Origin: a virus | Lineage: Duplodnaviria; Caudoviricetes | Length of the DNA stretch: 64,000 bases | Virus record (IMG/VR): IMGVR_UViG_2852304943_000002 | Location: 252-64,251 of that record | Direction: 5' to 3' (one strand) | Part shown: positions 40,302 to 48,844 of the stretch, piece after piece | How positions within the stretch are numbered: the stretch's first letter is position 1 | Layout of the letters: each line of letters opens with the position of its first letter | The notes under the pieces: model-generated | What the model was told of the DNA's origin: nothing | Seen by the model: only the letters and a program-made list of their open reading frames with translations | Database searches by the model: none | Made by a program: the position numbers and the translations under genes

Positions 40302-40931
40302 ATGACTAATTTAGCAAATATTAACGACATGAGCAATTCAGTTAAATCCATCCCAGCAATTATGCATAACGGAATACCTGTAGTTACGACTGAACTGTTA
40401 GCTGAGTTATATGATACTAAAAGTAACAACATAAAAGTAAACCACTCCCGTAATGCAGGTCGCTTTATTGAGGGTAAGCATTACTTCAAAGTTATTGGAA
40501 ATGCTCTAAAAAATTTGCGAGTTACTTTAAGTAACCTACAAATTTCACCAAAAGCGAGAAGTTTAATTCTGTGGACAGAAAGAGGTGCGGCTCGCCATGC
40601 GAAAATGTTAGACACAGACAAAGCATGGGATGTGTTCGAATTAATGGAAGATCACTATTTTAATAAAGGAAAAAATGAGGTTGTTGTTAGCACGCGCCCA
40701 ATAACCCAAAGGGAAAAAGATGCTCACAACATTAACGCTCTATTTAATCACTACGATGTTTTTTATTCAGCATGGAAGTCAGAAATATATCCAATACTAA
40801 GACAACTTGAATCACCACTTGCTGGAAGGTTGGTTGATAGATTTCAAGATGGTTATGCGTTTCTGATGAATTTAAGGAGAGATATTAACGGGAGATTACA
40901 AGAAGGTGAGTTGCCAAGAATATGCAGGTAA
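40302..40931 (+). CDS. ORF6N-domain antirepressor-like protein
   Basis: VVTTELLAELY, RFIEGKHYF, LILWTERGAARHAKMLDTDKAW. Confidence 0.85.
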   Translation: MTNLANINDMSNSVKSIPAIMHNGIPVVTTELLAELYDTKSNNIKVNHSRNAGRFIEGKHYFKVIGNALKNLRVTLSNLQISPKARSLILWTERGAARHAKMLDTDKAWDVFELMEDHYFNKGKNEVVVSTRPITQREKDAHNINALFNHYDVFYSAWKSEIYPILRQLESPLAGRLVDRFQDGYAFLMNLRRDINGRLQEGELPRICR

Positions 40932-40997
40932 AAACAGAAAAGCCAATAGTTGCGATCTATTGGCTAATCCCAAACAAAACCCAGAAGGAAATGTTTC

Positions 40998-41723
40998 ATG
41001 AGTGAGATCACTTTAACAAATAGTTTTAACACTGTCACGAACAAAACTATCGATACCCAGAAGTTATTATCAATGATTAACGTGGCTCGTAAGTCATGTG
41101 GTGAAAATCAAATTCGTAATAACGTATTGATTGAAAGAGTAAAAGACGAATTAGATGGCGAGACCTACAAAATTTTTGTAGGTCATAAAAATGGCGCTCA
41201 AATTGAAATAATTGAAATGGATATCAAACAAGCGCTTCGTGTAGCCGCTAGAGAATCAAAAGCTGTTCGTCGTGTTCTGGTTGACAAGCTGGAATCAATG
41301 CATGTAGCTTCTCAAAAAAGTGGCAAAAGCCAATCAGGTTTACCTGAATACCGCCAAGCTAGAACGCTTAAAATGTCGGTTGATGCCATTACTAACTTAT
41401 TCGACTTAATGCCGAACCTGAGTGATGAGGCAAAACAGTGTGCAGCAGCTAATATCGTCAATCCGATTGTTGGGTTTGAAGCCGTTCCTTTGCCAGCACT
41501 TGAACAAAAGTATTATACCGCTGGTGAGGTTGGCGAAATGCTTGAAGTGTCTGCCAATAAAATTGGACGCTTGGCTAATAAACATGGATTAAAAACAGAG
41601 GAATATGGGAAATATTTCTTAGATAAATCTGCTTATTCTTCAAAACAGGTTGAAGCATTCAGATATAACGACAATGGAGTAAAAGCATTACGACACGCCA
41701 TTCATGGCGCTGAGGTAGCTTAA
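40998..41723 (+). CDS. Antirepressor-like protein
   Basis: RESKAVRR N-domain; C-terminal YTAGEVG..VSANKIGRLAN. Confidence 0.7.
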   Translation: MSEITLTNSFNTVTNKTIDTQKLLSMINVARKSCGENQIRNNVLIERVKDELDGETYKIFVGHKNGAQIEIIEMDIKQALRVAARESKAVRRVLVDKLESMHVASQKSGKSQSGLPEYRQARTLKMSVDAITNLFDLMPNLSDEAKQCAAANIVNPIVGFEAVPLPALEQKYYTAGEVGEMLEVSANKIGRLANKHGLKTEEYGKYFLDKSAYSSKQVEAFRYNDNGVKALRHAIHGAEVA

Positions 41724-41845
41724 ACACCTAAGCCAAGGATGGCTTGCTTGAGATCACATATCACGCCTCTTAACTGAGGCTTTTTGCTTTTCTTTGCACC
41801 ACAAACAGCTAAACTAATAACAAATTAACTAACGAGGATGGTGTT

Positions 41846-42568
41846 GTGAGGAAGGTAACATTAACAGTATCTTTGCTAATATTATTTATGCCTTCAGCTA
41901 AGGCAATAGTGGTTGAAAAAAGTGAAGTGTCATGGATGGATGATATCCCTGAAGTAAGAGCGTTGGGATGTAAAGAATTTACAAAATTAACATACTCAAA
42001 AATAAAGCCTAGAGAAGTAATTATTAGTGAATCTATATTTTCTACTCATAAATTAATGCCAAACAGTTATTTGGAGTGCAGTATATGGAAAAATAGAGAT
42101 GATACTGCATACGTGATTAAACCAAAGGAACATTTTAATATAGAAGGACATAACATAGGTGTGTATCATGAGGATGGTTCTGGAAGAATTGATGGCAGTA
42201 ATGGACTATGGTCTTTTGGGTGTAAAAGCGACGCGATGACAGATGAGTATTATTGTTATTTGTCGGCCAATAATATAACCGTGACAAAAGATACTGATGG
42301 GTATCAAGTGTATGTTGGTAATGGGGTATTAAAATCATCAAGATCGCTAATTAGATTTGATAAAGATAAGCCAATCGAATCCGAATTAGGTGGGATATAT
42401 TATGGAGAAAAGGCTACAGATATAATTAAAAGGCTTAATCATAACCCAAAAGTAACAATAAGGTATTATCCATACAGGAATAATAAATCAGTAGATGAAA
42501 TCATAAATATTAATAACTTTAATATAGCTAAAAGCGTGCTTGATAAAATATATGATTCACACAAATAA
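41846..42568 (+). CDS. Secreted/periplasmic moron protein
   Basis: Signal peptide MRKVTLTVSLLILFMPSAKA; flanked by terminators near 41765 and 42592. Confidence 0.7.
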   Translation: MRKVTLTVSLLILFMPSAKAIVVEKSEVSWMDDIPEVRALGCKEFTKLTYSKIKPREVIISESIFSTHKLMPNSYLECSIWKNRDDTAYVIKPKEHFNIEGHNIGVYHEDGSGRIDGSNGLWSFGCKSDAMTDEYYCYLSANNITVTKDTDGYQVYVGNGVLKSSRSLIRFDKDKPIESELGGIYYGEKATDIIKRLNHNPKVTIRYYPYRNNKSVDEIININNFNIAKSVLDKIYDSHK

Positions 42569-42635
42569 AGATTTCATATTTTGTGCATAAGACCCTGTCA
42601 TTTTGGCAGGGTTTTCTTTTTTTAGGAGACTTAAA

Positions 42636-45600
42636 ATGTCAGAACAAAAAGTTGGCGGTATTGTTTACCAAGTATCAATGGATATAAAGCCTTTATTACA
42701 AGGTGAAAAGGAAGTAAGCAAATCCCTAGAGGAGATGAATAACTCAACAAAAAAAACCACAGAAGCGCTTAATAAGCTAGATAGAACGGCCGCTAATGTT
42801 GGTTCCTCTTTAAAAATGCCAGAGATAAACAAGCTATCCAGAAAAATGTCTGAGTTAGCTGGCAGTATTGGCGCTCAGTCAGCAAAAACAGAGAAAGCGA
42901 CTCAGGTGAACAATAGATTTGCTGGCGTCTTAAGTACCGTATCAGGAACATTTGGCGCTGGCTATGTTAGCAATGTTGGTAGCGCAACAAGTCAACTTGT
43001 TCAGCACACAAAAGCCGCGATCCTAGCCACTCAAGCAGAATTAGAACACGCTAAATCAGCGCAAAAAGAAGCAGAAGCACTTCAAGCCGCGGCATCTCAG
43101 CAAGTATTAAATGCAAAAGCAGCAAAAGAGGAAGCTCAAAGCAAGTTAGCCTCAGTTAGTGCTGAAAAAAGCACTATTACTGAAATAGAGCGCTCTACAG
43201 ATGCAAAAATGAAGGATCTGGAGGCACTTCGTCAGCGTCAAATTTTGATGGTTAAAGATGCAGAAGAAAACTACCAGATGACGGCTAGCGAAAAGAATTT
43301 AATGGCGGTAACTAAAGCAAAAAATGCACTTTACGCCACCGAAAACAAAATAAAGACACAGTTGTCAGTTACTGGTAAAGAAATAGCCGCAATAGAGGCT
43401 CGTATTGCAGCAGCAAAAGAGGCAGAAGCGCTTGCAACTAAACGATTAAACGCAGCAATAGCGCTAGAGCAGAAAGGTAAAGCAACCTTAAAGTCAGCAA
43501 ATGAGGCAGTTGCCGCAGCGTCAGCAAAAGTAACGCTAGCCACACAGGCACAAAGTGTTGCCATGAATGGATTGAAAAGCGCAATGGCATTATTGGGTGG
43601 TCCTACTGGATTGTTTATGTTAGCCGCAGCAGGGGTGTATGCGCTTTATCAATCAATGAGCAACAATTCATCTATTGATGATTATAAGTCAAAAATTGAC
43701 GAAGCTATCAATAAACTAGATGAGCTTAACGCTAAACAAGCTGCTGCTGCCGCATCAAAAGCAAGGTCAGTTATTAATGAAAACACGAAAGAAATTGACT
43801 CTTTAGAAAAGAAAATAACATATATACGTTCAATAATTCAAAGTATCAAGGATGGTAGCGGTAGAGTTTGGGAGGATGTGCAAGATGTAGATGAAGCAAA
43901 ACAAAAACTTAGCGAGTTAGAGGGTAAGTTAGTAGATCTAACACAAGAAAACAAGCACTATTCCCGAACACTGGAATTATTAAACAAGACAGAAAAAGAA
44001 AGGACAGGTAAAACCGACGAACAAATAGAAGCTAATGCTTTATATCTAAAATCCGTTGGCGGAGTTCGTGAAGCTAACGAATTATTGTTGAGAACATTAA
44101 AGCTAGGCTCTCCGGTTATTGCTGATATAGAAACCCAGATAGACAATCTTGCTAAATCACTTAAGGATGCAAAAGTACCTCCAGAGGAAGCAGAAATTGC
44201 TATTTCGAACCTCAGAACAGCATTAGAAGCGAAGTTATCAAATAACTTTGAAGTGATGCTACAAGACCTTGAAAATAATGTTACTGCATTAAAAATAGAG
44301 ATGAAGGATGGCAAAGATGCGGCGATAGAGTATCGTGCAAGCGTCATGGCCGCCAAAATGGGCATGACTGATGAGGGACAGGTAAAGCGTTATATACAAT
44401 TAATTAAAGAAGAAACCGAGGCTAGGGAAAAGTTAACAAATCAAAACAAGAAATCAAAATCAGGAAATAACGAAGCTAAACGCATTGACGATGCCATTAA
44501 AAAACAACAACAACAGACTGAGGCGTTAAGAAAAGAATTTGAATTATTGAGTTCTGGCGCAGCTAACGTAAATAGAGAGATGGCTATTTTTAATGCTGTT
44601 CAAAGTCTGGGTGCTGATGCGACAGATAAGCAAAAGAAAGCTATTGCTAAAGAAGCCGCCGAAGTTTTTGACCTCAAACAAAAAGTCGATGACTTTATTA
44701 AGTCACAAGAAATCACACCGGAGTTAAAACTTGCAAGAGCATTTAGACAAGAGTCTGAAGAGCTTAAACGCATGTTTGATAATGATTTCATTGATGAAGA
44801 AACGTTTAAGGCGTTAGGCAATAAAGCAATGAAGGCATTTGATGCTGGAATGGCTGAAATAAAAATAAATGCGGTTATTGACCCAATAACTGAAGCCAAA
44901 GGGCAATATGACCCGATTCAAGCACTGGCTAACGAACACGCTAAGAAACTTGAGATGATCCGCCAATTCGAAACAGAAAAAGGCGCTATTACTCAGCGTG
45001 GCTTAGAGTTAATGAATGCCGCTAATACTCAATATGAGCAAGACCGGTTAAATGCTCAATGGGAGATATGGCGTAATCAAAGTCAAGCTAATCAATTCTT
45101 AGCTGATGGGTTGGACGCATTAGGACAACGCTCTACTAACGTACTCACGGGGCTATTAACAGGCACACAATCCCTTAATGATGCTTTCCGTAATGTCGCA
45201 TTAACCATTGTAGACCAAGCCGTTGGCGCTCTGGTTCAAATGGGTATGCAACAGGTTAAGAATATGGTTACTGAAAGTGCCATGCGTAAGGCTTCCAATG
45301 CACAAGCTATAGCGGAGGCTACAACCACTGGCGCAGCAATTACAAATGCTATGGCTCCGGCAGCAGCGACAACCAGTATTGCCACGATGGGCTCTGCCGC
45401 CACATGGGGTATGGCTGCAATGGCAACAGCTATTCCCGCTATGATTGCGCTTGCTGGTGCTCGTAAAAATGGTGGGCCCGTAAATGCTGGCTCTATGTAT
45501 CGAGTGGGTGAGGGTGGTAAGCCTGAGATATTCAAGGCATCTAACGGTAGTCAGTACATGATACCGGGTGATAATGGTCGAGTTATTAGTAATCGACAAA

Positions 45601-45785
45601 TGGGTAAAGGTGGTAATGGTGTCAGCATGGGTGATATGCACTTTACATTCCAAGTTCAAGCACCTAATGGCATCACTCAAAAGGAAGCGCAACAAATACA
45701 GCAAATGGTGAGAGGTACGGTTTATGACGTACTTGGTAACGAAATGCGTAGCGGTGGTGCTTTGGAAAAAGTAAGAAGTTGGTAA
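42636..45785 (+). CDS. Tail tape measure protein
   Basis: ~1050 aa Ala-rich helical; LLGGPTG, YRVGEGGKPE. Confidence 0.9.
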   Translation: MSEQKVGGIVYQVSMDIKPLLQGEKEVSKSLEEMNNSTKKTTEALNKLDRTAANVGSSLKMPEINKLSRKMSELAGSIGAQSAKTEKATQVNNRFAGVLSTVSGTFGAGYVSNVGSATSQLVQHTKAAILATQAELEHAKSAQKEAEALQAAASQQVLNAKAAKEEAQSKLASVSAEKSTITEIERSTDAKMKDLEALRQRQILMVKDAEENYQMTASEKNLMAVTKAKNALYATENKIKTQLSVTGKEIAAIEARIAAAKEAEALATKRLNAAIALEQKGKATLKSANEAVAAASAKVTLATQAQSVAMNGLKSAMALLGGPTGLFMLAAAGVYALYQSMSNNSSIDDYKSKIDEAINKLDELNAKQAAAAASKARSVINENTKEIDSLEKKITYIRSIIQSIKDGSGRVWEDVQDVDEAKQKLSELEGKLVDLTQENKHYSRTLELLNKTEKERTGKTDEQIEANALYLKSVGGVREANELLLRTLKLGSPVIADIETQIDNLAKSLKDAKVPPEEAEIAISNLRTALEAKLSNNFEVMLQDLENNVTALKIEMKDGKDAAIEYRASVMAAKMGMTDEGQVKRYIQLIKEETEAREKLTNQNKKSKSGNNEAKRIDDAIKKQQQQTEALRKEFELLSSGAANVNREMAIFNAVQSLGADATDKQKKAIAKEAAEVFDLKQKVDDFIKSQEITPELKLARAFRQESEELKRMFDNDFIDEETFKALGNKAMKAFDAGMAEIKINAVIDPITEAKGQYDPIQALANEHAKKLEMIRQFETEKGAITQRGLELMNAANTQYEQDRLNAQWEIWRNQSQANQFLADGLDALGQRSTNVLTGLLTGTQSLNDAFRNVALTIVDQAVGALVQMGMQQVKNMVTESAMRKASNAQAIAEATTTGAAITNAMAPAAATTSIATMGSAATWGMAAMATAIPAMIALAGARKNGGPVNAGSMYRVGEGGKPEIFKASNGSQYMIPGDNGRVISNRQMGKGGNGVSMGDMHFTFQVQAPNGITQKEAQQIQQMVRGTVYDVLGNEMRSGGALEKVRSW

Positions 45786-45942
45786 TTAAGAGAGGTAGTT
45801 ATGAAGATATTCACAGCTAACATTCATCCCAATGGTTTTTTTATCAATGCAGATTGGAATGGTACTTATTTTTGGATTTATTTAAGTAGAGCGCTGGGGT
45901 GGGGTAAATTCACTTTAATTAGGTGCTCTACTAGATACAGCC

Positions 45943-46452
45943 CTACTGGAGGAATTTTTGAATTATCTGAATTGCAACAGGAAGATTCATTACCCCCTTC
46001 ACCAATAATTCATTCATCAAATGTGTTATGGCGTTTGCAGGAAGCTCATGAAGTTTTGATTTCAAGTTAGCTTTCATGTCTGGTGATTCATTAGATGTTA
46101 AAATAATATCCTCTAATGCTTTAATTGAATCACTATGTATGCGAATTGTTTGTACTTTCAGTATCGCGCTTAACCCTCCGTCATCTAATAAAAAATCAAT
46201 ACCTTTTTCAGTAATGAAGCAGGTATAGCTATTAAAAATATATTCGATCCCATCAAGTGTTGAACTTTGAATGAATGGTTTTTCAATCAACCCATGCATC
46301 TCAAGGTATAACATATTTGCTATAAGATGATCTTTATTACTGAATTTTTTACTAAGTTCTTCATATTCATCATCTTCTAAGGGATTTGGGAAAGAATCAT
46401 ATAAGGCAGTTAAAATATCTAACTGTAGAGCACGGTCATATTTATATCCACA
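45943..46452 (-). CDS. Hypothetical moron protein; start region appears frameshifted
   Basis: Open frame extends upstream of 46314 (KYDRALQLDIL...); the ATG after the GAGGT RBS is out of frame by 1 nt. Confidence 0.55.
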   Translation of the reverse strand, partial: CGYKYDRALQLDILTALYDSFPNPLEDDEYEELSKKFSNKDHLIANMLYLEMHGLIEKPFIQSSTLDGIEYIFNSYTCFITEKGIDFLLDDGGLSAILKVQTIRIHSDSIKALEDIILTSNESPDMKANLKSKLHELPANAITHLMNELLVKGVMNLPVAIQIIQKFLQ

Positions 46453-46593
46453 TAGTACCTCACACCGAAGTAATCAGCCATTCCTTCGGCAAGTTTCTCT
46501 GGGCTGAATATATAAAATAACCTAATGGATATTTATTAATATCCTGATATTTGATCAGGCGGCTTTGTGTCGCCTTTTTTATTGGAGTAACCA

Positions 46594-46923
46594 ATGGAAG
46601 AGTTTAAATGGCGACCTGAAACAGCTTATCAGGTGGGTAATGAGCCTAAAGTGAAAGTAGCTAAGTTTGGTAACGGTTACGAACAAAGAGTCAAAGACGG
46701 GATCAACAACCAACTAAAGACTTATCAACTCTCATTTGTTAAGCGTACTGATATTGGGAAACAGATTGATGAGTTCCTTAAGGCTCGAGGTGCAGTTGAA
46801 TCATTCTTATGGCTAACCAGTGATGATAACTCTAAACGTAAATTTGTTTGCCGTGGCTGGCAGGTAACGCCAAGGGCGACGGTATGGCAGATAGATTGCA
46901 CATTTGAGGAGGTTGTTGCATGA
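46594..46923 (+). CDS. Minor tail protein M
   Basis: FGNGYEQR..GIN, FL..RGAVESFLW. Confidence 0.88.
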   Translation: MEEFKWRPETAYQVGNEPKVKVAKFGNGYEQRVKDGINNQLKTYQLSFVKRTDIGKQIDEFLKARGAVESFLWLTSDDNSKRKFVCRGWQVTPRATVWQIDCTFEEVVA

Positions 46924-47618
46924 GGGATATACCTCAAGAGATGCGCATAAATGTTGCAGATTTACAGCAAAATGCAATGTTAGATTTGTATGAGGTCGAT
47001 TTAAGTCGTTTTGGTGGTGATGTTTACCGGTTTCATGACGGCATGAATGGCTTATTAAAACCTATTGTCTGGCAGGGTTTACGATATGAACCTTATCCTG
47101 TTCAGGTTACAGGGTTTAGTGTAACGACTCAGGGGGCATCAGACAGACCAAAAATGACGTTTGCTAACTTTGACGGAATGTTAACTGCGATTAACAACGA
47201 CTATGATGATGCGCTAGGCGCTATCGTTACTCGTAGGCAGGTTTTAGAGCAATATCTTGATGCTGTTAATTTTCCCAACGGAAACCCACAAGCAGATCCA
47301 ACCAGAGAAGCCGTTCAAAAATACGTTGTCGAACAGCGAGAAAGTTCAGACTCTGATTTTGTGACGTATATATTAGCACTTCCAACAGAAACAGATAACG
47401 CCCTGATACCTAGACGGGTTATTCAGGCTGATATCTGCTCGTGGCGATACCGAGGATTTGATTGTGGTTATGATGGACCACCTGTTGCAGATGAAAAAGA
47501 CCAACCAACAACCGATCCCTTAAAAGACAAATGCTCTCATAAATACAGCGGGTGCAAATTAAGACACAAAGGAAAGATGCCATTCGGCGGGTTTTTAGGT
47601 TCAAATAAATTAGGTTAA
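46920..47618 (+). CDS. Minor tail protein L
   Basis: YEPYP, C.W.YR..CGY, DKC....GCK.R, FGGF. Confidence 0.9.
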   Translation: MRDIPQEMRINVADLQQNAMLDLYEVDLSRFGGDVYRFHDGMNGLLKPIVWQGLRYEPYPVQVTGFSVTTQGASDRPKMTFANFDGMLTAINNDYDDALGAIVTRRQVLEQYLDAVNFPNGNPQADPTREAVQKYVVEQRESSDSDFVTYILALPTETDNALIPRRVIQADICSWRYRGFDCGYDGPPVADEKDQPTTDPLKDKCSHKYSGCKLRHKGKMPFGGFLGSNKLG

Positions 47619-47621
47619 TCC

Positions 47622-48341
47622 ATGATTGAGAAAGACATTATCGCTCACGCGAAAGCGGAAGGAGTGAGGGAGTCTTGCGGCTTAATTTCGGGTGATAGGT
47701 ATTTCCCTTGCAGAAACATACATCCCGATCCGCAAAACTATTTTGAAATTAACCCAGACGATTGGATGACGGCAGAGTGTTACTCAGACGTCAAAGCTAT
47801 TGTTCATAGTCACCCTGACGGAAAGCCTTTCCTGAGTTCTGGTGATAGAACAATACAAAGGAAAACAAATCTGCCTTGGTGGTTGGTATGTGATGGAGTG
47901 ATCCATAAGTTCAGGCCAATAGCGCCACTATTAGGTAGAGAGTTTAAACATGGTGAGCAGGATTGTTATTCCATTATACGTGATGCCTATCATCTGTCAG
48001 GCATTCAGCTAGATGATTTTATTCGTCCCGATGAATGGTGGTACACAGAACAAAATCTCTATCTTGATAACACGGACAAGCAGGGATTTTATCAAGTAGA
48101 AGAGGCTCAAGAAGGCGATATGATATTGATTTGCTTAGGAACATCAAAACCTTGTCACGCTGCGTTGTACTTAGGTAATCAAGAGATATTGCATCACAGG
48201 CCAGACAGATTGAGTAAGCGAGATACTTACGGTGGTTACTGGTTTAAATATACTCACAGCATTTGGAGGCATAAACAATGGTCAAATTACAGTTTGCAGG
48301 CTATTTACGCAGATTTGGACGCAGGTTCGAGCTTGAGGTAA
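47622..48341 (+). CDS. Tail assembly protein K (JAB plus NlpC/P60)
   Basis: ESCG, HSHP, DCY, HAALY, LHH. Confidence 0.9.
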   Translation: MIEKDIIAHAKAEGVRESCGLISGDRYFPCRNIHPDPQNYFEINPDDWMTAECYSDVKAIVHSHPDGKPFLSSGDRTIQRKTNLPWWLVCDGVIHKFRPIAPLLGREFKHGEQDCYSIIRDAYHLSGIQLDDFIRPDEWWYTEQNLYLDNTDKQGFYQVEEAQEGDMILICLGTSKPCHAALYLGNQEILHHRPDRLSKRDTYGGYWFKYTHSIWRHKQWSNYSLQAIYADLDAGSSLR

Positions 48342-48844
48342 GTAATGCAGGTGAGGCCTTACGCTGTCTTTGCTATCAAATTGATGGGTTGAAAAAAGAG
48401 ATTAACCAAGGTCAGTTTCGCGTTCGTATCGCAGGTAATGATATGACCGAGGATAGTATTTCCACGGGATTAAGTACGCCATTAAATGAAGGTGATGTTA
48501 TTACGATCGTCCCCATAGTTGGTGGTGCTAAATCTGGCGGGTGGCTAGGCATTATTGGTGGAGCTGCTTTAATTGGCGCATCGTTTTTAATACCGGGCGG
48601 ATTTTTGGCAACGATGACATCGACCGCATTATTTGCCGCTGGTGTAGGTGTGGCCGCCGCGGGATTGGCAACCATGTTAACTAAAACACCGCCAGCGCCA
48701 AGCATAGAGGGGCGAAACTCAGAAAGTAACCAGTATTTCAGTTCGTTAGCAAATAGAGTGGGGCAAGGTTATCCGGTTCCTATCTGTTATGGCGAGATGG
48801 TTGTGGGTTCAAATGTAATATCACAAGGTTTGGAGACTGTTTAA
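48278..48844 (+). CDS. Tail assembly protein I
   Basis: Ubiquitin-like N-terminus, GQGYPVPICYGE..VGS. Confidence 0.88.
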   Translation: MVKLQFAGYLRRFGRRFELEVSNAGEALRCLCYQIDGLKKEINQGQFRVRIAGNDMTEDSISTGLSTPLNEGDVITIVPIVGGAKSGGWLGIIGGAALIGASFLIPGGFLATMTSTALFAAGVGVAAAGLATMLTKTPPAPSIEGRNSESNQYFSSLANRVGQGYPVPICYGEMVVGSNVISQGLETV

